64,000 bases of DNA from the human T2T-CHM13v2.0 reference genome, Homo sapiens. The notes beneath the pieces were generated by a model that was given only the letters and a program-made list of their open reading frames with translations, searched no databases and had not been told where the DNA came from. The DNA lies in NCBI RefSeq assembly GCF_009914755.1, contig NC_060926.1. One strand, 5' to 3'. Positions 1-37,204 of this stretch are shown here, one piece after another. Numbering within the stretch: the stretch's first letter is position 1; each line of letters starts with the position of its first letter. Both the position numbers and the translations under genes were made by a program.

Positions 1-133
1 TCTTTTCAACCTAAAACTTATACATAACTAGAATTTCTATACATCTCTGGAATGCAGCATGCTGAAACTCACTGTGCAACCCCTGCCTTGTGTGTGTCTG
101 TATACCATGCAGGTTTGCTTGCTAAATTGAGCC

Positions 134-711
134 TGTAAACCAAAAAGTACCTCAAACAGGTCTCAATTAATTTAGAAAGTTTTTGTTGCCAAGGCTAAGG
201 ATGCACCCGTGGTACAGCCTCAGGAGGGAGGACATCCTTGCCAAGCTCAAGGGTGCACCCCTGACCACAAGGGCCCAAGGTGGTCGGGGCACAGCTTGCT
301 TTTATACATTTTAGGGAGATATGAGGCATCAATCAATACATGGGAGATTTACATTGGTTCCATCTGGAAGGGCGGGACAACTTGAATTGGGGGGCTTCCA
401 GGTCATAGGTAGATTTAAACATATTTTGATTGGCAACTGACTGAAGAATTATTATCAGCAGAAAGGAGTGTCTGGGTTATGAAATAGGGGTTGCAGGGAG
501 CAGATGATGCCTTCAGGTAGCGGGATTTAGAGAGAAAATAGATGGTAAATGCTTCCTATCAGACTTAAGGTCTATGTCGATGTTAATGCTGGGGGTTATG
601 ATGTGGCATGGCCTGAACGTCTTCCGGGTTAAAGTTTAGAGCACCCTGGCGGACAGGGAACCCCATTCAGATGGTTGCTGGGGGGCCTTCGAATTTTATT
701 TTTGGTTTACA
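134..711 (-). mobile_element. Solo ERV1-class LTR (MER4-like)
   Basis: TGTAAACC...GGTTTACA inverted termini and a 4-bp target-site duplication AGCC on both sides. Interior resembles the MER4 group by recall; strand is tentative. Confidence 0.7.
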
Positions 712-731
712 AGCCTTCCCATCAGCTGCGC

Positions 732-930
732 CAGGGTCAGCAAACCACAGTCCATGGGCCCAATCTGGCCTGCCACCTGCTTTTTGTAAATAAAGTTTTA
801 TAGGAACACGCCCACACCTCTGGCAGCTGCTTTGCAAGCACGCAGCAGGGTTGAGTTGTTGCAACATAGACCACAGGGCCTGCCAAGCCTCAATTATCTG
901 TGCTCCGACCCTTTAAGAAACACTTCTCTC
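732..930. mobile_element. MER58A-like hAT DNA transposon remnant
   Basis: CAGGGTCAGCAAAC start and TTTTGTAAATAAAGTTTTA..GGAACAC core typical of MER58 (recall). Confidence 0.65.
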
Positions 931-1099
931 ACCCCTGAGCTAAGCAGAATAAGAGGGGCTGGACGTGCAGGACTCAGAGTGGGAGCGAGGAGGGCTGGGG
1001 TGAGGACAGCTTTGTCACACTCTGTTTTTCTGTCACTCAGCCCTGGGGGCTCCCTCTGCCTGAGGGCTTCGTCCCCTGCTGCCTGGCCGTGACCCGCAG

Positions 1100-11981
<10,882 letters not shown>

Positions 11982-12252
11982 CCTGCCCACTGGCACACAG
12001 CTGGCACTGGCACACACCTGTACCATGCCCACCCTGAGGGATCAGGAGCAAACAGACCCTGCAAGGTCCTCCAGGCCTGGGGACAGGAAAGCCACTGACC
12101 CAGCCCGGGAGGCAGAACCAGGCAGCCTCCCTGGCCCCAGGCAGCCCTTTTCCCTCCAGTGGCACCTCCTGGAAACAGTCCACTTGGGCGCAAAACCCAG
12201 TGCCTTCCAAATGAGCTGCAGTCCCCAGGCCATGAGCCTCCCGGGAATGTTT

Positions 12253-12258
12253 AATAAA
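12253..12258 (+). terminator. AGXT: AGXT polyadenylation signal
   Basis: First AATAAA after the stop codon, followed by a GU-rich element (TGTGTGGGGTGGTCTGTG). Confidence 0.85.
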
Positions 12259-12669
12259 GGGCCTGGCCACCTCTCCTCACTGTGTGGGGTGGTCTGTGAA
12301 AGAGTGAGAGGAGAGCATCTCTGCTCCCTGAGCTGCCTGATTGTGGACTTTAGGGGGACACTCCTCATCCTGGAGCCCACAGGGTAGATCCTCCCCTGGA
12401 GGAGGTGCTGTCACCACACTCTAGCCCCAGATGTCACACCCCCAAACGTCCTCACGCACCACATCCAGGTGAACCCACATGGCGCACAGGGCTGGTTGGA
12501 GACCCCTGTCATGGACAAGGGTACCTGCGTGCTGGAGAGCGCACAGCCAGGACCTGAGCCCATGACACGTGGAAGCCTCCAATGGAAGGTCCCCTATGCT
12601 CCCATCCAGCCAGTGCCCACCCCTCAACTGCCTGACTTCTGTGACCATAGATCAGCCTGGCATATTTGA

Positions 12670-12970
<301 letters not shown>

Positions 12971-13302
12971 TAGTTGAATTTCATGGTCAGTGGAACACAC
13001 AGCAGGTCCTCCACTGTGCCAGCTTCTTTCACTTACTGTTTTTGACACTCACATGTACCGTCGTGGGCGCCGGTGTGTCTTTGTTGCTGAGTGCCGTCCC
13101 GTCATATGGACGTGCGTCGTGGGCGCCGGTGTGTCTTGTTGCTGAGTGCCGTCCCGTCATATGGACACCTCATGATTTGTTGGTTCATCACCATAGTTGA
13201 GCATCTGGGTTATTTCTATTTTGGGGCTGTTATGAATACGGAGGTAGTGAAATTCTTACTCAAGCCTTTGTGTGGCCATATATTTTCATTTTTCTTGGAT
13301 AA

Positions 13303-14067
<765 letters not shown>

Positions 14068-14795
14068 TAATTGTGTCTTTCAAAGAGCAGGTATTTTCAA
14101 TTTTGGTGAAGTCGTATTTATGAATGAGTTTTTTTCTATGGTCTGGGCTGTTTGTATCTTGTCTAAGAAACCTTTGCCTACTTTGAGGTCTGGACGGTAT
14201 CTTCCTGTGTTTTCTTCTAGAAACTTTACAGTGTCAGCTTTTGTATTTAGGTCTATGATACACCTCATATTAATTTTGTGCACAGTGTAGAAAGGGGGTC
14301 AAGGTTCATTTTTATCCATACTGATATCCCAGTTCCAGTAACGTTTGTTAAACAGACTTTCCTTTCCCCATTGAACTGACTTGACAACTTTGTTAAAAAT
14401 CAGTTGACTACACATTCATAGGTCTATTTACAGCCTCTCTTCTGTTTCATTGCATCCTCGTGTCAATCCCATGCTGTTGCAAATATTGTAGCTTTACAAT
14501 AACTCTTGAAATTAAGAACAAGTCCTCCAATGTTTTTCTCCCTTTTAAAGGTTTTTTGTATTCTACATCCTTTGAATTTCTGTGTACGTTTTAGATTCAT
14601 GTTGTCTATTTCTTCAGAATAGCTTGCTGAAATTTTGGTAGGAACTGCACCAAATCTATACATCAACTTAAGGAAAATGGAAATAAAGTATAAATTCCAT
14701 TTCACAAACAGAAATGTAAGTATTTTAAAATTACTTTCAGCAATGTTTCTAGTTTTCAACATACAGCAAAGCGGGAGGGGGTTATTTAAGGAAAG

Positions 14796-14918
14796 CCAGG
14801 AACCCAGGAACAGGAAAGCCACAGATCCAGCCCAGGAGGCAGGACCAGGCAGCCTCCCCGGCCCCCAGCGGCCCTTCTCCCTCCAAGTAGAACCTCCTGG
14901 AAACAGCCCACTTGGGCG
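14796..14918 (+). repeat. Diverged direct copy of an AGXT 3'UTR segment (12071..12190)
   Basis: Colinear alignment by eye, e.g. ACAGGAAAGCCAC...CCTCCTGGAAACAG.CCACTTGGGCG is present in both. Confidence 0.9.
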
Positions 14919-16725
14919 TAGATCTTTTGTTAGATTTATTCCTAGGTGTTTGATCTTGTTGATGCTGTTATAAATGGCATTTGAAAATTTTTATTTCCAG
15001 TTGTTTATTTTTTAATATATAATCTCATTTTTTTCTATATTAATTTTGTATCTTCTGACCTTCCTAAATTCACAAGGCCTAGTAGCTTCTTTGTAGATTC
15101 CTTTAAATTTTCTAAGTAGATAATCAAACTCTCTGTGACTAATGAGAGTTGTACATCTTCTGCCTTTTATGTACTTTTTCTTGCTTCATTGCAACGGTGT
15201 AGGCCACAAATACAGTGCTGAATCTCAGTGATGAGCGTGCACCTTCTCGCCTTGGAGATGTGTTTAATGTCTCAGCGTCAGGCTGACGGCAGCAGTGGGG
15301 TTTCTGCAGCTGCCCTGCTCTCAGAGGCAGGAAGTCCCCACCTGTCCTAGTTTGCAGAGGGTATTTATCACTAACAGCTGTTGTATTTTGTCAAATACCT
15401 TTTCTGCCTATGGTGAGATGATCATAAAGTTATGTTTCTATATTCTACGGATGTGCTGTTTCGTTGACTGACCTCTTATTTTCTCGTAATATATTTGTCA
15501 GGTTTTGATAGCAAGGTTACATTGGTCTTGTAAAGTGGTTTGGACAGTATTTTCTTTTCCTTTATTTATCAATTAAATTTGTCTAGAATAGGGACTATTT
15601 TTTTTTCCTTATATTTTGGTAGAATTGTCCAGTGAAGCTTTATGGGACAGGAGCTTTCTTTATGGGAAGGATTTTTTTAATGACTTCTAATGTTTTCATA
15701 GACATAGAGTTCTTTAGATTTTTGTCTCTCTCTTTGTGCCCGTTTTGGTAATTTGTGTTACCCAGAGCATGCTTGATTCCAAGTTGTTGAATGTGTTGGC
15801 ATAAAATCATCCATAATATCCCTTTATTATCCTTTAATGCTTACGGGCTCTCTATTGATTTCCCTGTTTCATTCCTGGTATTGGTAATTTATATTTTCTC
15901 CTTTTTTTTCTCCCATTGATCAGTCTTGCTAGGGGGTTACTGATTTTATTAGTCTCTCCAAAAAAGCGACATTTACCATCATTTTCTCAATTGTTTGCTT
16001 TGTATTGATTTCCACTCTTATTGTTCCTTTTATTTTACTTCCTTTGGTTTTAATTTGCTCCTCTTTTTCTAGCTTCCTATGGTAGAAGCTTAATTGATTT
16101 TAAACATTTATTTGTTTTCTAGTATGAGCATTTAAAGCTAAACATTTCCCTCTGAGCGCTTTCTTCACTGCATCTCCCAAATTTTGATCAATGGTGTTTT
16201 TGGAATCACTCAGATCAAAATATTTTATAATTTCCTTGTGATTTATTCTTTGAACCACAGACTATTTAGACTTATACTGTGTAATGTTCAGATATTTGGT
16301 GGATATTCTAAATGTATTTTTGTTTTTTATTTCAAATTTATGTCTGTTGTGGTCAGAGCTCATACTGTATATGGACTTCAGTATTTTGAACATGTACTGA
16401 GAGTCTGTTTTATAAACTAGCAGCAGTCTCGGTGACTATCCCATGGACACGAGATGAACGTGTCTTCGTCATTGTCAGGTGTGAGCTTCTACAGATCCTC
16501 AGGTCCGCCTGGATGACAGCATTGTTCAAGTCTTCTTTGTATCACTGGGGTTTTGTTGTTGTTGTTTGTTTTGTTTTGGTTTTTTGCCTGCTTTTTCTAT
16601 GAAGTACTGAGAGTGGGGTGTTCAGTTCTCCCAGCATGAATGTGGTCTTGTCTCCTTCTCCCTTTATGCATTCATCTTCATGATTTTGAAGGTCTGTTGT
16701 TAGGATTGTTACACCTTCTTGATGA

Positions 16726-18750
<2,025 letters not shown>

Positions 18751-19173
18751 TTCTAATGGGGGAGGAGTGATGGCATTTTGTGTCCCCTTGTGTGTGTGTC
18801 AGCTCAGGCCCTGGATCTTGCAGCCTTCAAGGGGCCTGGGCATCTCCTGTCGTGAGTCTGTGCTTCCTCTGGCAGATGGCCAGAGGTCCCTTTCAAGGAG
18901 GCTCCAGGGAGCTGCTGCTGCATGAATTGCAGGTCCCCTCCAAGAGCCAAAGGTGTGAGCTGTGGCTCAGGCACTGAGGGGTCAATGCCCCTGAGAGGCC
19001 AAAGATGGAGAATAGGAAATGTCCAATGGGCAGGACCCATGCAGGTCATGGGCTGCAGGCAGGCAGTGCTGGGCTGATGAGAGAATGTGAGTTGTGGGCA
19101 CAAAGAATGGTAAGGACAGAGTGGGGGTGGCATCAGATGCCAGGAGAGGACACCTTACATCAGAGAGGGGGGA

Positions 19174-19589
19174 TGTTTAGTAGGTTCTTGTACTGCTGTA
19201 GACAACTACCTGAGACTGGGTAATGAATAAAGAGGTTTAATTGACTCACAGTCCCGCAGGCTATACAGGAAGCATGGCTGGGAGGCCTCAGGAAACTGAC
19301 AATCATGGTGGAAGGTGAAGGAGAAGGAGGCATATCTTACATGGCCGGAGAAAGAGGAAGAGAGCAAAAGGAGAGGGGGAGGGGCCACACACTCAAAAAA
19401 CCAGATCTCATGAGAACTCACTCACTATCATGAGAACAGTAAGGGAGAAATCCACCCCCATGATCCAATCACCTCCCACTGGGCCCCTCCTCCAACACTG
19501 GGGATTACAAGTCTACCTGAGACTTGGGTGGGGACACAGATCCAATTCTACCTGAGATTTGGGTGGGGATACAGATACAATCCATATCA
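19174..19589 (-). mobile_element. MST-type MaLR solo LTR
   Basis: TG...CA termini; ACCTGAGACTGGGTAA, GGAAGCATGGCTGGGAGGCCTCAGGAAAC and CCCCCATGATCCAATCACCTCCC are MST/THE1 hallmarks. Confidence 0.9.
19236..19241 (-). terminator. MAB21L4: Probable MAB21L4 poly(A) signal ATTAAA, located within the LTR
   Basis: First AATAAA/ATTAAA I found on the minus strand downstream of the stop at 20243; it coincides with the LTR's own signal. Confidence 0.65.
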
Positions 19590-20242
19590 GGGGCCACTTC
19601 CACGGGGACGGGAAGAAGCAGATGGGAGTAGTCCTGGGCAGGTGGGCTCATGGCTGTGTGTGCACCCTCAGTTGGCTTTAGTTTGCTCTAAGAACGAGGT
19701 AGGAGGTGGGGATGCCTGGGGAAGGGGGTCATTCACAGAGAATGGAGAAGACTCAAAATTATCCATCAGCACATGAGCCTTTTCTACTTCTAGGGGAAAT
19801 ATTTTTCACACTGATATACAAAAAGTGGACAGTACCCTTTCTGCTGTGTATACCCAGCACATTCATTTTTTCAAAACCAAATATACAGCATTTCATCACC
19901 AAGGAATGGCATACAGTGCAGGCAGGGCCAAGTCCTCAGCTCCAGGTCTCCTGCCGATGCTGTTTGCTTGACAACACCACGTGGCTGGGTCAACATGCAC
20001 CACATGGAGAGCTTGGCACCTGCATCCAGGCCCTGACCCAGGGAGGAGGTGCTCCAAGAGGCCTGCCCTGCCCCACCAGGCACTGAAAGACTCTCAGAGG
20101 CCACTGCTGGGGACAAAATCCCTCCACTACCCCCTCAAGGAGAAGCCCGTTTCTTCTTCCAAACATCCCAGGAGCCTCCCATGGTGCAGTGCAGAGTCTG
20201 TTGGGGAGCCAAGAACAGGTGGCTGAGACCAGGTGGCCCAGC

Positions 20243-29383
<9,141 letters not shown>

Positions 29384-29420
29384 CTATTTAAGGCCTTTGA
29401 AGTGGGGGTGAGTCAGTCCC
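29384..29420 (-). promoter_or_regulatory. MAB21L4: MAB21L4 core promoter: TATA-like TTAAATAG, CACCC box, AP-1 site
   Basis: TTAAATAG (minus strand, 29391..29384) about 180 nt before the ATG; TGAGTCA at 29409..29415 overlapping GGGGGTG. Confidence 0.6.
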
Positions 29421-31942
29421 CAGCAATTGGGAATGTCACAGGGGCCATGCAGGGCAGGCGGGGGCTGGGTTTGGTTACCACCCTCCTCCCTCCCTTCAGA
29501 AGAGCTCTCTCATCTTAGGCCCAAGGCACGGCCCCTGTCCCAGCCAGGCTTGGGGTCCCTGGAGAAATATTGCCACTGGACTGTGCCGTCCCTGGGATGG
29601 GAGCCTCTGTGTGTTGCTGATGGGCCTCCTTCCACCCTCCTCCCCACAGCCCAGGGGCCGGGTATCTGGATCAGGCCCCCCTGCCCCAGCCTCCCTGCCA
29701 GGTTGGAGGGAACACAAGGCACCCCGTGGCTCAGCGAGGAAGGGGAGGCAGGGCGGTGGCTGCCCAGACCCCGCTGTGGGGGAGCCCCCGACTCTCTAAG
29801 GCTGCCTGGAAGGCTGGGAACCTGGAGGCTGCGTCTCTGCAATGTTCCCCTCAGACACCTGTGCCCGGCTTACAGGCTGCAGTCCTGGCATGGCTCCTGC
29901 CTCTGCCCCAGCTGTGCATCCAGCCATCCGGGCCCTGGACCCCTGGGCTACCAGTCCCCACCCCACCCCACCCCACCCTGCCCAGCCTCCAACCTGAGAG
30001 GAGCTGGCACCCACCTAGCCTGGGAGCTGGAGCTCGTCTGGTTCTGGAGAAAAGCAGTCTCCGTGGCTCCACCTCACCCAGGTGGAGAAACTCGCCCCAC
30101 CATCCCCCTCCAGCACCTGCACCAGGCACCCTGCCAGCCCCGCCCCCCTCCCTGCTCAGGGCCGTGCAAGTCCCAACCAGCAGGGAGCCGCCCCATCGAC
30201 CCTTGGCCCTGCCAGCTGGCCGAGTGCATCGGGTGCTCAGCCACAGGGGTGTCTGCAAACAGTGAACATGGAGATGGCCCCACAGGGGCGTCGTGGAGAT
30301 GCTGCCCCTGTAGCCACCGCACGTGGGCCTCTCACCCCCCGGGGAGCTGCATCTGAGTCAGAGCTGTGGGCAGAACCAGGATCCCAGGAGGGGTGGGGCA
30401 GGGGGCAACAGCCACTCACTTCCTGGTGCTTGGAAGCCCCTATGAGGGGCTGCAGCCCAGTGAGCGGGTCTCTGCTTCCATGCCTCCCAGGACAGGGAGC
30501 TCACCACCTCACAGGGTAGCCCACGGTCAAGCGAGAGACAGATATCCCTCCTCCAAGCTGGCCCACTCCTGTTCCCTGGAGTTGCTTAGAGCACGTGTCC
30601 CCCTCCCCGAGGGCAGCCATTCAGGTTCAAGGCCCCATTTGTCCTGGGCCCTCACCCACGGCCTGCCTAGGTCCCCACACACAGCCGTGTGCCACACTCC
30701 TCCATCTCCACAGGACTCTGGCCTGGGGGAGGTGGACGCTGCTGCAGGGCAGCTGGGGTCCTACCCCTCACCCTCGGCCGCAGTGGCTCAGGGAGCTCAT
30801 CTGCCTGTTCTGGGCCTTGGCTTCAACATCTGTGATTTGATGACACCTTCAGTGTCCCAGCTCCTCCTTCCCAGGAACCTCCCGGTGTTCTGAATTCGCC
30901 CAGGAGACCCCCCAACCCCACCCCAATCTACCCAAAGTGCCCAGGGGCTCTGAGCCATGGGAGGGGCTCGGCTTCTCAGCCCCCAAGCTGCTCCCTCCAG
31001 TGGCCACAGAGCAGGGCCCTTCTCCCTCGGGAGCGGCCCCCAGGCTTTGCATCCTCCTTTGCCCCTAAAGCCCCCTCTCCACTGCTGTCAACACCAAGAG
31101 CACAAGACCATGTCCCCCCTCTCCTCTCTTCAGCAGGGGATTCCACCTGGCTGACACCCTGTCCTGTCCTTCGCTGGCTCTGGCCTCCTGGCTCCCACCA
31201 GTTCCTGAGCTGAATCCAGCTGGTTGCCCCAAGGGACCCCGCTCTCTCCACCTGTGCCCCAGCTGAGGTCAGAGCCTCTGATGGGCCAGGCCCCATCCTT
31301 GTCCCTTGGCCCTTCTGGCAGGTGGTGAATGACATGGTGAGCTCCCTATGGCTGGAACGGTGTCACACTCCTCAGTGTACCCTAGAGCCAGGCACGATGC
31401 CAGGCACACAGGAGCATGTGGAGTACACCAGGGAACTGTGGACAAGCAAAGGTCCCCGGGAAGCTGGACCTGTGGGAGAGAGAGGAGAGCCGCTGCTGAC
31501 GGAGGGGATGCGGGCACCCGCCCTGGACGGCTGGGCAGCTTTGACCACAAAGGGGCCAAGTGCTCCAGAGGCCTTCAGGCAGCCACTAGCCACAGTGCAC
31601 CCAGGACTCCAACTCTGACCCCAGGAGGGTAGCGTGGTGAGGGTGGGGAGGGTCAGAGAAACCAGACGTGTCCTGGGGCCTTGGCAACTCAAGAAGGGGT
31701 TCCTTGGCACCTGTGGCAACCGCAAATGCTCAGATGGGTGTTGATTCAGTCTCTCAGTAGAGCTCAGGGCCAGAGCACGGATCCTGTATTTCAGGAAGTC
31801 CCGGATGTGCTGGGAAAGGCGGGGTGGGAAGCAGACATTCCGGCCTGAACAGAGTCCCAGGGCTGAACCTAGGGAAGCACCAGGGGCACACCCTGAGCCG
31901 TGGGGGCTCCACGCAGCTGCAGCCCACAGCGGGGGCATGCTT

Positions 31943-32380
31943 CCAGGGCTGCGACAGACCACGCGGAGGTAAAATGACAGAAGTGAATTCTCACAGCTCT
32001 GGAGGCAGACGTCCAAGAGCATGGTGTTGTGTGGCTGGGCTCCCTCCGGAGGCTCCAGGGAAGCGCAGCTCCCACCTCTCCCAGCTCCAGTGCAGCCGCG
32101 TTCCTTGGCCACGTCTCTCCATCTCCGTCCTCACGTGGCCCTCTCCTGTGGGCAGCTGTGCTATCTCTTTCTGCTTCTCTTACAAGGACACTGGGGAGAC
32201 CATTTAGGGCCACCAGGCCGTCCCAGATGATCTCATCCCATAGGCCTCCCACAGTTCAGTCTGTTACCACGTAAGATCTCAATTCACCCACTGTTCAGTC
32301 TGTTACCGTGTAAGGCCACACTCTCTCCTGTGCTTTATAAGGTCCTGTTCACAGGTTCTGGGGACTAGGAGGTGGCTGTT
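31943..32380. mobile_element. MLT1-like MaLR LTR remnant
   Basis: TTCTCACAGCTCTGGAGGC..GTCCAAGA and TCTTACAAGGACAC motifs typical of MLT1 (recall). Confidence 0.65.
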
Positions 32381-33027
32381 CCTCAGCCAGCTACGGTCAG
32401 CAGCCCCCACACCACCGCGTGCCAGGAGCCCTGCCAGGGCGCTGCCTGCAGGGACCCTGTGCTTGCTGCCCCTCCCCTAGCCCAGCCACCTGTTTGGGAA
32501 CAGTGGGCACAGCTCTGTGCAGCCTCAGGCATGCAAAAGCAACCAAGACAGGAGTCTCCAGCCGAGGTCTACACCAGCCACCAATGCCTGCAGTACTCCG
32601 GGAAGGAGACCCTTCTTCTGCATCGGGCCCTTCTCTCCAGGACACTGTGGTCCGATTCAGCCAAGGTGCCCAGAGTACCTGCCAGGCCTGCTCAGGCTTA
32701 GGTGCGGATGCAGAAAAGTCAGACTTGAGCAGACGAGCTTGGCACCATGGTGTGGCCTGAGCAAGTCGCTGCCCCGCCTGGGCTCCAGGTCCTCAACGGA
32801 CAGTGAGGAGTCCACAGGAGACAGACTCTCAGACAGAATCCAGCCGCCCAGCGCCCAGACGCCCTTTACGCAGATGCCTCTGCGGGGAAGCAGCTTCCGT
32901 GCTGACATGAGCAGTCTGGACTTCAGGATAAAGCTGCAATGCTCACCACGAGGGACAAACCCGCGTCCTGACGCCCAGAGCACATGCCCGGCCCCTGCGG
33001 CCTCCCCTTCATGGCCTAACTCTGCAT

Positions 33028-33181
33028 CAGGGTGGCGAATAAAATGCAGGACGCCCAGCTGTTAGGATAAATCTGAAGTTCAAATCTAATTTGCATGGCA
33101 CACAAACATTTATTGTTGTTGATCTGGAGTTGGAATAGAACAGGGATCCCTGTATTTCCACTGCTAAGCCTGGCAGCCCCC
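33028..33181. mobile_element. MER53-like palindromic MITE remnant
   Basis: AGGGTGGC.AATAAAATGCAGGACGCCCAG...CCTGTATTT..CTGGCAGCCC imperfect inverted termini. Confidence 0.55.
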
Positions 33182-33729
33182 CTCGGAGCAGCACTGAGCG
33201 GTAGGGGTGATCCCCCGCTGGGAGGAGCAAAGCAAAGAAGCAGGGGCTGGGGGAGGAAGGAGGTGATGGGCAGTTACGCCCCAGGTGGACGGAGATGGCT
33301 GGGGAACAGTCAGGTGTGTGGCGGGGTGGGTGGGGTCGTGGGCTGGGGGCTACTTTGGACCACCCTGAGGAGCTGAGCCGCATGGGGCTGAGGGCGGGCT
33401 GATCCCTCACCTGGAAAATCCAGTGGGGAGCAGACATTGGAGCAGACTCATTTTTCTGAGGCAGGCTCAGCCCAGGACAGGGGTTGGGCAGGTGTCCCGG
33501 GGAGAAGGAAGCTCGACGGCACAGGGGTGGGTGGAGGGCGGTGTGAGAGAGGGGAAGGGGGTGTTCTCTCAGTGGTGGCATGGAGACCGCTCACCTGGGC
33601 ACACGGGGACACCAGCTCCGTCTGTCCGGGGCTCCAGTCGCCAGCTCAGGGCCAGACCACAGGCTGCAGCTCCCCTGGAACGTGCAGCTGGGTGGGGGAA
33701 CCCTCTAGGTCTCCCCAGGTGCTGGCCAC

Positions 33730-35145
<1,416 letters not shown>

Positions 35146-37204
35146 TTGGGCTCTTACCTTTGGATCCCTGGGCAGGCCAGTAGCCCCAAGCCTCCTCTGG
35201 TCCCCAGGCAGGAGGTCCCTCCCCAGGCACCTTTCTTCACTGTGCTGTGGTATTCAGCCTCTGCCACGCTGACAGAAAGCACCAGAGAGCAGGGTCCCCA
35301 GGCAGCCCTGCAGCCTCTCCCAGGACCCAGGTCCCCCAGGGCCTGCCACGGCAGCATCCACCGGCAACCCCTCACGTGGATAAACACAGGGTGGGTGAAG
35401 AGCGAGGTCTTCTCTCCCACCCCACAGAACCTCTCAGGACCTGCCTGCCCCCACAACCATCTGGATGCCCCCTAAAACCCAGCACATGTATCCAGCTGGC
35501 CTCTCCTCTCAGGAGAGTGGAAAAGACCTTGAAAATCACACCAAATGCATTGTTCTCCCGCATCAGACCACTTGCCTCACCAGCCACCACCCCTGCCCTC
35601 AGCTGGCCTCCTGTCCACGCCCGACAGATGGGGGTGGGACGGTGCCACTCGGCTGCTGTGTGCAGAATGGGGTGGCACTTCCATGCCCTCTGAAGAAAGT
35701 TCATGTGCAGGGCAGCTCTGCAGAGAGGGTAGGCAGTGGACAGAATGTGGCGCCCTCTGTCCCAGCCTCACAGCCTCCAGGGCTGCCCGTCCTGCCGTAA
35801 TCACACTGGGATCTTTCCTGCCTTCCATCACTGTCTCAGCTCATTCAGTGACTCTGCACCCCCCAGGGCCAGCGTCTCCTCCTCAGAGCCAAGTCCACAC
35901 CTGGCAGAGTAGACTGTCTGAGAGGACAGCCAGTGACTGCTCAAGAGGAGTGGCTCCATAGCTCCCCGGGGCTGACCTGGGTCACAGCCTCTTTGGGTTC
36001 TGTCCGAGGCACATCCCCTGCTGGTGCTAGACAGGAAAAGACACCCATGGCCGGCTGTGTGGGTGCCTGGAGGCCAGAGTGTCTGTGCCTGCTCATCATC
36101 GGTTCCTGTGTCCCCACGTGGGCCCAGCACAGCCAAGATTAGGGACTGTCCCCAAGGAGATAAGGCTGTAACTCCTTATCTCCTTGATAAGGAGATACAA
36201 CGTTATCCTTGATAAGGATAAGCAAGGTTTCCTGTTTCAAGGGAACAATGACAAAACCGGTGATGGCGTATCTACAGACAGGTGTTCCTCTGAGCCCAGG
36301 AGGGTTCTTCCTCAGCCTCCGAAGCCAGGCAGGTGGGGCAGGACAAGGAGGACCGCATCTAGAATGGCCATGGGTGCCGAGTACTTTCCCCAGTCCCAGG
36401 GAGGGAGGCGTGAGGTCCAGAGAACAAGAGCTCAACCCCCATCAGGCTGTGGGTCAGGACTGGGCAGGGCCCCCCGAGCCCCGCCCTCCCGAGAGCCCAC
36501 CCCACAGAACGCCTGCACTCAGGGAGGACCCTCTATCCCATCCTCCACTGTCGCAGGGCGTTCCCTGGGGGGCCCAGCCAGGCTCCGGCCAAGGCCTACC
36601 CTGTGGGTTCTTCTAGTCTAGCCATGGCCCTGGTCTGGGAGCCCCATAATGGACACCCCGCAGTGAGGCCTTGGGGGGCATGCACGGGGCTGGGCCAGCC
36701 CTCGCGCCCTGGAAAGGCATCCTGGGGGGAATCCGGGCCACCGCCGGCAGGCGTGGGCTTTCCTGTACAGACACAGAGGAGCAGGGTTAAGGGGGAGAAG
36801 CAGCAAAGGGGGAGAAGTGGAAAAGAAACGAGGATGCGTCCGGTGGAGCAGCCAGGACCCCAAGGCTAAGAGGAGGTGGGCGGCAAGGAGGGCCTGCCTT
36901 GGGTCAGGGCCCCACCAAGAGGAGGGACCAACCTTCATGGTTCACCAGGACTCTCCCAGGAAATCCCTCCTCCGTGGGCAAACCCTGCAGTGACTGAGGA
37001 AAAGGGGCACGGGAGGACATCTGGGAAAATCATGGACTTGGAGCTGCCGCAGGCGGGGGAGGCTGAACTGCAGGCGGCCACGCCCACCCCAGATGGCACA
37101 GAGGCTCCAGGCGATGCCCACCTGGACCGACAAAATCCCATCCTCACGTTTGGTCTCGTCCAGGGCAACTCCACAGCCAGAAGGAACTTTCTAAAGCTCA
37201 GACA

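Noticed and set aside
29427-30356. 309-aa ORF upstream of MAB21L4
   Set aside because: Pro/Gly/Ser-rich chance ORF in GC-rich DNA, with no domain or splice support.
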